The notes under the pieces are model-generated. The model did no database searches and was not told the origin of the DNA. It saw only the letters and a program-made list of their open reading frames with translations. A program made the position numbers and the translations under genes. Shown here piece by piece: positions 37,348 to 48,218 of a stretch of 64,000 bases of DNA (positions are counted from its first letter, which is position 1; each line of letters opens with the position of its first letter). Source of the DNA: Macrostomum hystrix (lineage: Eukaryota; Animalia; Platyhelminthes); NCBI GenBank assembly GCA_950097015.1, contig CATNEN010000007.1, positions 434,001-498,000 of the forward strand. Reading direction: 5' to 3'.

Positions 37348-37436
37348 ATTTCTGATTTACCGATTTTTTCCGACAAAATCCCAGTCAATATTCGACAAAC
37401 TGGGATTTTCTCGGAAAAAATCGGTAAATCAGAAAT
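37348..37436. other. Near-perfect 89-nt hairpin (37-bp stem, one C:C mismatch, 13-nt loop)
   Basis: ATTTCTGATTTACCGATTTTTTCCGA-C-AAAATCCCAGT / loop CAATATTCGACAA / ACTGGGATTTT-C-TCGGAAAAAATCGGTAAATCAGAAAT. Confidence 0.85.
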
Positions 37437-40400
37437 GTAACGACTTAACTGGGACATCCGCGAAGTCGAGTGTAGACAGGGCAATTCAAATGCTGCAATC
37501 TGATGCCTAACAAATGATTCCAAATGATTGCCAATAGCATGCCTGCAGCTAGCTGAAGTGCAAATCCGTGGTTTCCTCCGCGCAATTTCATCTGCGCTGG
37601 GAGAAGCGCAGGCTGCGGTCGGCACCCCATCTGTGTAGCCGCGTCTATGCGAATCGACTAACTTACTGGCCGACGATGCTTTCCAAGAGTAATTCCTCCT
37701 CTTGTAGAACTTCCTGCCGGCCTCGATCCGCGTTTACGCATATCCCGCCTCTCCGCTGGATAATTAGGGAATAAGAAAGCCTACCTGCGCTACCATCGCT
37801 ATGACTTCGACATTCCAATGCTTCTCCTTGTGCTGCGAAATCCCCACCCGCCGTGATCAATTTCCTGGCTGAAGGAAAGTGGAAACCACCGGCTCCGGTT
37901 TTTTATCTTCACTGACAGATGCCTCTTGGAAGGCCCTCCTTCGCCTTCTGCGAATGCACAGATTTCCCCAGATTTATTTCGGCCGCAAATCCGGACGAGA
38001 GAAATATTAACTATAGCACCTTCGCCCTGGCTTTGTTAGCCTCTTGTACCTGACCTCAAACCAGCCCGCTTGTTCATTTTTCGCACTCACCTCTCTGCTG
38101 CTTGCGATTCACCCATAAGCATCGTGATCCATTTATGAATTACCCACCATTGAATTTGTCCCATCTCACCCTCTATCTCTTTCTTACCCCTCGTCTTACC
38201 CAGCCTCTCGTTTTTTTCCTTTGCCTCTTCATTTCCTCTCCAAGTCGCTCAGCTTGAGCTTGAGAACTTCCGGCAAGCTTGACCGACGCCTCAGCCAACA
38301 CTGCATCGAGTTTTTTGTGCTTCTAGCCATTTATGCACCGACTACGAGTTCAAGTCCCACACGAAACTGCCATTCATTTTGGTGCAGCCAGTCGCAAAAG
38401 TCCTGCCTTCACTCGTGCTCCGACGCCTGTAAATTTCTTAGAAAACTATCAAGAAATTCCTGACTGGAGTTGACAGACTTCACACAAGACTGCCCAGTCT
38501 CACGCGGATACCTGCATAGTTGGGAAATTTCCGGCCGACTAAACTCCTCCCCTAAGAAGCCCGTGCATGATGGCTGCCACGGGCCGCTGCCTCTGGGATG
38601 AATCGCCTCAGCAAATCACCCGCTTTGCTCGTTGCTGCGAGTCTCTACGAGTGCATTCTAGTGATCCCAAAAACACATTACTAGTATTCAGCTTCAGCTA
38701 AGGTGTTGTTGTGTGGTGCTGCAGGTACATAGAGCTCAGAATTCCCAGTATCCCAGTCGGCAAACATCAGAGAGGTTAGGAACCAAAATATAGATCAAAG
38801 AGTTGAAGCCAACAAAAGTTTCTGGGTGTGCTCGTCAATGCGCACTTTGTTTGATCGACTGATTCTTTATGGATCAAACGTTCTAACATATTCAGTTTAT
38901 CAAAAATAAAAGCATTCCCAAACCTAAAATTCAATCTGACCTCGCCTCAATAGTACCACGTGACCCTACCTTCTGACCTCTCCTGTCGATGCATCCAAAG
39001 CCTTTTAAAAGCTTTCGCCGGCCTAGCACTGGAAGGCTTTGATGTTTGAGCTCTCTGAAACAGGGAAGCTAGAAATGCATGAAAAATCCATTTTCATCCT
39101 TGAATAAGAGGAATTAAGCGAGACACGGACAGATAGAAGAGTAGTCCTAAGCGGGTGTGGGATTTGAAATATGCAAATCTCCTTGCGTTCTCGGCTTCCC
39201 CTTTCTTCCCGCGCTCCCGCAGCCCCTGGCGATATGCTGTGCCGAGGCCGTATCGGCCGAACGCCTGGGCAAAAGCAGACCGAAACTGTGAATAGAAGCA
39301 GCGGCATTGCCCGGCTTGAGGTTCATCTGAAGCAGGGGCAGGGGGTGGGCGAAACGGAGGGAAGAGGAAGAAAGAGCGAGGGCCAGTGAGGACGAGATGA
39401 GTCATAAGCCACAACTTTGGGGAGAGAGTGGCTTCAAGCGAATGAATAAGCTAAGCAGAAACGGGGTAGGGGGCTGGGCCGCACTGAAGAGCTTACTGGT
39501 TATTATTGGCGAAAGGATTCTGCCCCCCACCCCGATTGGGTTCCGTGTGGCTTGTGGCAGACAAGCTTCCTCTTCCTCACTTGCTTTAGACCCCTGGATC
39601 GGTTTTGATACGAAAAATTCTCTCCCTTCCAGACCCGACGCCGAGGTCCAGAGGTTGCCCGATTCTCTTTCTCTATTTTTCTCTCACACTCGGCCTTGTA
39701 AAATTTTTTTCGTAACCGGGCCTGTTCGCACTGACAGACGCCGGATCTCATTGTGCTGCTTGCCTGCCGGCCTTTTTATAACGCGTCGATCTGGCGCTCT
39801 CCTTTCCTTTAATTTCCTGTTGAATTCGAATTCATCTCGAGTCTAAATTGAGGCCGTGGTCCTTCTTGAGAACGTCTTGAGACTGGGACTCCAGGTAAGG
39901 AAATTCACCGTCTGTTAACTCTACTCTCCCCTAATTTAGGTCTTTAAATGTCCATTTTGTCGGACAAGGTTTGATTCCGAAGTGGACCATAGAAATCTGT
40001 TTCATTGCCATCGCATAACACCAGAGCTCGGATAGCAATTGTGCTGTGACCCCCGAATTGAGGCATGTTTCTTTGCACAAATTGTTCGTTTAGAACGCGC
40101 TTTGCCTCGCAATGGGCACGAAATTCATGACAATTTCAACGCCTTCTCGTTCGCACCACCACCGTCTGACTTTCTCTACCATGCCAACAGAGCCCCAGGC
40201 TTCAAGATCGCGGAGCGTGGAAAGAAGACGAAAAAAGCAGACCTAGAGAGAGAGTAAGCGTCCGACAATTGGGCTGCGCTGTCTTCGCAGCACAGAACAC
40301 GTGCGCGCCAGTCACAGCCAGTTGAGGGATGCAATTCTAGATTCTAGCAAGTTTAAAACACTTCGAGACTGAAAAATAGAGAGGCCAGTTACAAGCTGGC

Positions 40401-40454
40401 TGCGTTCTGGATCGCAGAGTGGCTCTCAGTCGAATTGTGTGACGCGGCCAGACA

Positions 40455-41134
40455 ATGCTGGAGCGATTGAGGCTATTCCGCGATCGCGACAGGGACAAAA
40501 GCCGGGACAGATCGTGCTCGCCAGCCGCAGACTCAAAGCCGAGGCCGGAAAAGATCCAGACGATTGAAGTGGTAAAGCGGCACAGCAGCTCCAATGATGG
40601 TCGTCGAAAAGAATCGTCTAACTCGAAATTGACAGCCCTGGCGGCAACGAAAGCTCAGACTACCACAGCAGCAGCGTCAGCAACTCCGACAGCAACGAAC
40701 GGAGGCTACCAATTGTCCGAGCAACTTCGCGAGCGAATTCAACGACGAGTCCAGTTCTCAACGTCGTCGTCAGCTACAACTGCCTCGACGACAACGACAA
40801 CTACTCACTCGGGGTCCGTAGTGAGTACCAACGAGAGGTACTCGGAACTGTTGAGCAAGCTGGAACGGCGTCAACGTCTATCATCTTCTGGGCAGCAGAG
40901 ACGCTACGAAGGCAGCGACAGCGGTGGCAGTAGCAGTCCATACTCTCGACTTCGGTTGCTCGGCCTGAGTGGAAACACAACGAGCAGGCAGACAGACTCG
41001 GCTGACGAAGCCGGGTACGTCAGAAGTCGATACCGAAGTGGCGGTGTTTACGGAAGCGGAGGCTACGCATCCGACGGGTACACCAGCGAGTACGGCGGGT
41101 ACTATGGTGTTGTAGCAAACTCAGCACGCCAGCC

Positions 41135-41166
<32 letters not shown>

Positions 41167-44100
41167 AGCAGAATTCTTTAACTAGGTAGGCCAATTCAGA
41201 GAGAAAATTGGAAAAAATTCATTGCTTTTTGCCTGTTCCCTATTGTCATTAAACTGAATATCCTGAGGTCATGAAGTGTCCTGCCACTATAATTCCAAGC
41301 AACTGTTCTCAATCGCGCAGTCAGCAGCATCGGCAGCAGCAGCAGCAGCACGCTAGATACAGGCGCCGTTGCTACGGATCAGCAGACGAATGCGACGACG
41401 ATGTGGCAGTCGCCAACGCAGCTGCTGCAGCAGCAGAAGCCGCCGAAGCCGCCGCAGCCGCTTCGCAATGTCGACTCCGTGCCACAGGCGCTGCTCTGTG
41501 TTTGTCTGACGTTGAGTCAACCAGCCCTGATGGCGGCAGTCTGCTGAGACAGCGGCGTTCCGTCAGCAGGCAGCAGCAGCGCTGCTCAGATTCGATGTCC
41601 GACAACGAAGCTTCAAACAGTCGAGCATCGACCGCATCCAGTCATCGCTGGCGAGCTCTAGAGAGCGTCCACTTGCCATATCCGGGTGGCACATCCGCCG
41701 GCCGTTTCGCTTCTCTGGAGCGAGGCTGCACTTCCGCCTCTTTGCTATCCCCAACTTCAGCGGCTGCGGCGACGGCAGCCTCAGAGCGCCGGTCTCGAGA
41801 GATCCGCCAGCTGCGCCGAGAGCTTGCCGAGGCGCGGCAGCGTGCGAGCAGCCTGGCTGCAGCACTCAATGCCAATGCGAGCGCTGTTTCTGCCTTTGAA
41901 AGACGACTTGGTGGTGCCTCGTTCAAGTTGCGCGAGTTGGCAAGCACAGCTCAGCGGGGCGACGCGGAAATTGACCAACTTCGAGCAGCCATCGAGCAGC
42001 TGCGCTCGGGCTCTGTTCATGGCAGCGACACCAGCACCGAGGTCATCAACCTGCTCGACATGCCCATTGGTACTGGAGACTCCGTGATGCTCACAGTCGC
42101 AGTTGACGTCGGAAATTGTGGCAGAAGCGAATTCAACGACCAGCTGATACCGATTGGCCGCCTTCGAGTCGGCACCTCAGCTGCCTGGTCGGACGTCGTG
42201 TCTGCCGGACGTCGAATTTTGCGAGAATTCGCAGTGCGCATCGACCCGCCTGGAGGACTCGGTCTTGGCGCCGATTCCATTGCCGCCTGCCGTCTTGTTG
42301 GCTGTGGCGACATGCACGACATCGACTTGATGGCGGCGACCGCAACGGGTGCGACGCCTTACCGACAGCTGCTGAATTTCTCTGGCAGCAGACCGCTGCG
42401 GCTCATATTAGTTTTGCGCTCCTTCGACACTGTCAGTGAATCTTCAGGAGTTCGACACTCTGGCACTTCTTCTGGGTTGGACGCTCTGGCCTTTGTTACG
42501 TTGGTGCCCAAGGCGGTATTGCAGAGATACGTCTGCCTACTGGCGGAGCACCGAAGACTGGTGCTCTGTGGACCCACCGGCACAGGTGAGGCCGCCAGTT
42601 GGATGGATTAAATGCTTACGAAATTTCATTTTGAATATCATGATTAATATCCGTATTCCTGGGGCTTGCAAATCTGAGGCATATCTGAGGTTTCTACTTA
42701 ATAATAAGCAGTTAGATTTCTTTTTGTCGGTTGTGAAGACACTATTTTTCAACGCTTTCGGTATCGAGCAACTTATCGATCGTAAAGTTCGGCCCGTTGG
42801 CAGCATAGCAAACATGGACTAGCTTTTATTAACACCCGTCCGATATTTCGTAGCATTGAGGAATTTCCTTTTCTTCCTGCTGTGGCCAAAATCTTTTTTA
42901 TGTGGAGGACAACTGCCCAGGCGTTAAATCTCGATGGGAAATCTCCGAAAATTGCCAACATTTTCCCCGGAGGCGAGCGCTCGGCTGGAGAGGGCGGGCG
43001 ATAAGGAGAAGTAGGTGAAATTGGGGATTTTTATCGTCACTTTCCAGGAAAGCTAGGTAATGAGATTTCCTTCAGAATCGCAGACCAGGGGAAGTCAAAT
43101 TTGTAAGTCAAATCAAGGCAGCTGCAACTTATGGCCACCTTCAATAAACAATGTCTGCTCATTTTTTCTGTCGACAATGCCTTGTTTAGTTTCGGCGCCT
43201 CTAACACTGGCCGTTTTAAACTTACCAAGCTTGAAATCATTAGCCCAGGGGCCTGAAATTTGACTCTGATTGAAGACTTCTTCTCTTTTTAGCTAGTTTC
43301 CCTCTTGACTCATCTCTTTGGCTCTCCTCACTACATGCCTCTGCTATTGCTCATCTCCTACCTCACCTTCTGCTTCATTCTCCTTGCACTGTACCCATCC
43401 GTTTCTCGCTTCTCTTCGTTAATTCAGACCTTGCGCTCTCTTCCAACTAACTATCAACATTCGCCCCATACTACTTATAGTAGAAAGAAAGAAAACAGCG
43501 CCTCGAAATTGAACGAGTGCTAAAAGCGCACCTATCAATAACACAGGCAAGACCTACCTGGCCAGGCACCTAGCGCGGCACATGGCTCGCCTGGAGGGTG
43601 GCGGCACGGACGCATCCGACGGCGTCGCCGATTTCTCGGGCGAGTCGCGTCGCAGCGAGCAGGAGCTGCGCGCCTTCCTTGCCGAGGCCGCTCTTTCGCA
43701 GGCCGCCGGCCCGGACAAGTCTCCCGTCCAATCGAAGCGATCCTCACCGCCGCGTCGAGTGCGAGTTCTCCTGCTGGACAGCCTGCAACATCTGGCGCCG
43801 CTGGCTGAAGCTCGCAGCGGATTGGCTGCCAGCAAGTTGTACATTATCTGCACTCTGCGTCGAGGCCTGCGCCAGCTGCAGGCGCTGGACGACGGAGGGG
43901 GCGAAGTGTGAGTTCTGCGCGTTCTGCTGACTCCGCCAACAAATCTTAGCGCTGAGCACACGTGTGCAAACTCATTAACAGTAGAAATACCACTCTACTT
44001 TTCCCCTGAGGAAATACCACGGTAGGCTGCCTACTTGATGATGGCTCTCAAACCAATGACCAATTTTCGTGAAAGTCCACCATTTGGATCAAAGGTTTCC

Positions 44101-46303
44101 ACCTTCTTCGATAAACTAGCTTTCAAAGCTGTCCAACGTCAGCATCGTCGAGATATTCAGTGATTATTTTTGATTATTTTCTGGTGTCAAGGACAAGTAA
44201 TACACCTTTTTCCGGTCAAATTCAACGTTTTGCCAATCAGCTTATCCAAGTTTCATTCAAGTTAGCCAGTCTACATGGTAATCGCTGTCGGACGCGCCAT
44301 TCAACTTAGACAACTATCGTTCAAGTTCGCCAGCCATCATTCAAGTTCAACACGCCATGGCAGGGTGTGTTTTGTCTATGGCAAGAAGGGGTAACAAGCT
44401 CGAAGAACGATTTTCAAATTAGACAACTTGCAAGCAAATTCAACAAAAGCAGATCCCTTGAAAGCCGAAGTTTAACTGTTGCTGTGCCAATGGCTAATCA
44501 TATGGACGAAGAGGAGCACGACAGTGTGGAAGAGGAAGACGATGCGGAGGATCGTGTACGCCATAATACGATTTCGAATGAGGATAGAGCCCGTCTGTTA
44601 GATGCACACGCAAACGGCGAAGACTTCGTCCATCTGGCGGGGCTGCTGAATATCAATAGAACTACGGCATACTCAATTGTGCGTTCCGGAAGGAGGGAGA
44701 AAAGAGCGATGGGTGGAAGAAGAAATGCGAAATTTGACATCGAGATGGCGCAGTAGTGTTCCGAACTGCTAGACGACAACAGTGTTCTAACTCTGGAGGA
44801 GATCAAGGAACAATTACGCGCCAGGTTTCCAAACAAGCCGACTGTCGCAATTTCGACACTGAGCCGTCAGTTGGACGGCCTGATGTTCACCGTTAAGCTC
44901 GTTCGCGACACACCCGCAGAAAGAAACTCACCGCGGTGCATTGCGCGAATGGCAATCGTCGGCGATTGACACGTCGATTGCAGACTCCTCAGCCGTGCTC
45001 AAGGATCTATCAGCTAGAAAACTCTTACACATTGTGGTGAACTTTGGCACTGTTGTTTTCCGCAATTTCTTGTTATAATTATTGTTCCACTATACAGTTC
45101 TGCTTTTGTTGAATTTGCTTGCAAGTTGTCTAATTTGAAAATCGTTCTTCGAGCTTGTTACCCCTTCTTGCCATAGACAAAACACAACCTGCCATGGCGT
45201 GTTGAACTTGAATGATGGCTGGCGAACTTGAACGATAGTTGTCTAAGTTGAATGGCGCGTCCGACAGCGATTACCATAGACTGGCTAACTTGAATGAAAC
45301 TTGGATAAGCTGATTGGCAAAACGTTGAATTTGACCGGAAAAGGGTGTAATGCTCTGTGGCGAATCCATATTAGTAAAAAAGTGAAAAATATTAACAAAT
45401 AAATCAATACAATATACTCAGAACTTATAGCCGACATGGCTACGTGACGAAATCTTGTGAGCAGAAAAATTCTGCATATATTGGTGGTTTTTGCCACCAG
45501 ACATCCCGAGGAAAATCGTTGAATATCTCGACGATGCCGATGTTTTGCGATTCTGGAAGTTGCTTCATCGGATGGAATAGAAAACTTTAGCCCGTGTTTG
45601 CATGGCGATTAGTTAAAAATATTGGGAGATTCAGAAAACGAAAAATGTGGGTATTTGAAATACCCCGTGGTCCTTCTACTGTTAAACTAAGGCTTGATAA
45701 ATGCACAGTTCAATATTCACATTCGATTTCAGCGGCTTCCGCTGGCTTCTGTGCGCCAACCACCTGGAACCTGTCCGCGGACTCCTAGGTCGGTACCTTC
45801 GTCGACAAAAACTTTCAACCGAGGCCGCCAACGCCGCGGCCGCCGAGTCCGCGTCTCGGTCAAACGCCGCACTTCGTCGTCACCCGCCGCTGGACGATTG
45901 GCTGCCGGGCGCATGGCAGCGCGTCAACGCCTTCCTGGAGCTACGTGGCGGCGGTCCCGACGCCACTCTCGGTCCTGGACCGCTGCTCCGCTGCCCACTA
46001 GATCAAGCGACCGCTCGCGATTGGTTCGTCAGCCTGTGGAATCACTCCCTTGCGCCTCGGCTTCTAGCTGCGGCCGCTGCCGTCAGCGCCACCGCGACAG
46101 CTTCGACAGCCAGCGACTGGGAGGACCCAGCGGACTGGGTGCTGACCACCTGGCCTTGGCCTGAGCTGCCTCCAGCTGATGGCGAGCTGATTCGCCTGAG
46201 ACGGGCCCAGCCGGCTCCAGCAGATCCGCTGATGGCCATGCTGATGAAGCTGCGGGAAGCTGCAGCCGCGGCTGGAGCGCGCGGTGACGCCGATGCCGTT
46301 TAA
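40455..46303 (+). CDS. NAV (unc-53): Neuron navigator / unc-53 / sickie family protein (coiled coil + AAA ATPase), about 975 aa
   Basis: Phase-compatible exons: 40455-41185, 41321-42585, 43547-43907, 45733-46303. Motifs: EIRQLRRELAEARQRASSLAAALNANASAVSAFERRL (NAV coiled coil), LDALAFVTLVPK...RRLVLCGPTGTG|KTYLA (Walker A split by an intron), FRWLLCANHLEPVRGLLGRYLRR, WFVSLWNHSLAP. Confidence 0.92.
43979..45681. mobile_element. TTAA-flanked MITE (same family as 11642-12109) interrupted by a Tc1/IS630 element, in NAV intron 3
   Basis: Ends read TTAA|CAGTAGAAA ... TTCTACTG|TTAA. The right part is the reverse complement of about 11640-11900. Confidence 0.78.
44203..45347 (+). mobile_element. Defective IS630/Tc1/mariner-superfamily DNA transposon with about 250-bp TIRs and TA TSD
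   Basis: TIRs at 44203-44453 and 45099-45347 are near-identical inverted copies, with TA on both sides. The internal frame from 44490 encodes HTH-like RARLLDAHANGEDFVHLAGLLNINRTTAYSIV, an in-frame TAG at 44754-44756, then TLEEIKEQL...AISTLSRQL...PAERNS. No DDE domain is visible. Confidence 0.9.
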
Positions 46304-47089
46304 CGGACGCGACTGGCGCATAGAGACCGGGAAGTTTACCTTAGTTACCACCCGCTACAATGAAGTACAATACTTTCGACTGATGGGTCCGAAAATGTTT
46401 GGATACGTTCTGCCACAATATCACAAACTGTGTCTCTACTATCCTGTACTAGTGGGTTCTATATTGCCAATTGAAAATATGATTATGTTGTTATGATTTC
46501 GAAGAAACTTGATTGCTGAGTTCATTTTTACTGAGACCAGCATATCCTTTTCATTGACGCTGCTGTTGCTGATTTTCTTGTTTAAGATGAGCTGTAAATT
46601 ATTATCATTTATATGAGCATGTAGAAATTAGTTTTTATCACTGGAAATGTGCTTCTTACTACTATTTAGTAGCTTAGGCAGCCATAGACTCACTATTTCA
46701 ATAGTCAGTAGGGCCGTTGCGTCACTCATTCATGATTCATTTGAAACCAGCTGTCGCCAATCAGCCTTTGAGATTAGCACAGCTTGAATTTTTCTGCTGT
46801 AGAAGCTGTACGGCTTGTAACTTATTCGAATAATATTTGCCAGCTATTTTTAAACAGGCAAAAATACACAGAAATATGGACCAAACTTTCTTTCAACCAA
46901 TCATTGTAAACGGCTTCTGGTACAAATGTTGAACTCATGTGCTCCTCACATTTTCTCTATTTTTAATCAGTCGATTAATTGAGAAAAATGAAGGTGAACA
47001 ATAGAAAGTACACGAGTGTAGTTCAAATGTCCACATTTTTTCTTAACCTCCCATAATATTTAACCTAACGCCATGAAACTCCAGCACAC

Positions 47090-47275
47090 ATGAAACTCCG
47101 ATGACTTCCAGAATTACAAAACATCAGCATCGTCGAGATATTCAATGATTCTGGTCGGGATGTCCGGTGGCAAAAACCAACAATTTAGGCATAATTTTTC
47201 TGCTCACAAAATTTCATCATGTAACCATGTCGGCTATAATTGTTGATTATATTGTATTCATTTATTAGTTTATTC
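47090..47275. mobile_element. Fragment of the TTAA-flanked MITE family
   Basis: CTTCCAGAATTACAAAACATCAGCATCGTCGAGATATTCAA...TTTTTCTGCTCACAAAATTTCATCATG matches about 11755-11900. Confidence 0.72.
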
Positions 47276-48218
47276 AGACGATGCTGACGTCGGACGGTTT
47301 CGAAAGTAAGTTCATCGAAAAGGGCGGAAGTTTATAGGAAAAGTGTCTTTCGACTGTTCTAAGTAATCCTACTTGAGGTTAATAATATGGTAAAACTATT
47401 CAGTTAAAGAATGTAAGCTAGCCGCAGGTCATGATTTTACGTAGCCGCTCAGCTACGCAATGAAAAGCAGTTTGTGAATGGAAAGTTATGGCTTCTCTTT
47501 TGTGGCTTCCTGTCGCTGGCAGATTCACGCTTAATTTAAAGAGCGAAATCCGAAAAGTTTTTCCTTTTAGTTCCTGCCACAGTAAATATTTTTGTGGATT
47601 TAGATGGAAGTATCCAGGAAGTAATGGAAGTATTAGACGTATCCCATTCGTGGTGTATGTGTGCATTTCAGTTGATATCGATCGATTTTAAAGGCTTTTT
47701 TCTGGCGTTTGAAGGACGCTATCTTGGTGAAAATTTCAGGACTGCCTTAGACCATTTCAGCTGATCTGATCGCAATTAAATTGCTTATCGTTTTTCGCAT
47801 ATAGCTATAGATTGAGACAGTTAAAATGTTACTCTATTAATTATTACTTTACAATTAATTTCTAATATTCAATAAACAGAGATATTGTAAATTATAGCTA
47901 ATACGAGCTACTGATATAAACAATAGCAGTTTAATAATACTTTTATTTTTCTACTAGAGTGCTACAAGAAGTACAGACTTTCTAAATTCTAACGACTATA
48001 TGCTGATCTACAGATTTGAAATATGACTGTCTGCTAAGTAACTTGCGTTATACACGAATATATATTGATTTCATTATTGTCAGAAAGGCATTTTCTAAGA
48101 AGTAGAGTTAGTTCCTGTTTTGCTTCGGTGCAATAAATATCTATGTAAACTGCTTGATGCTCTAGTTAATTTCTGAACCAAAAATATAGGCTGTAAAAGT
48201 CCAGCACAGAATTGCAAA

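Noticed and set aside
37560-39850. Possible decayed coding or retroelement remnant upstream of NAV
   Set aside because: A minus-strand frame near 38200-38560 looks protein-like but contains several stops and no recognisable RT, recombinase or transposase motif, so it is not supportable as a feature.
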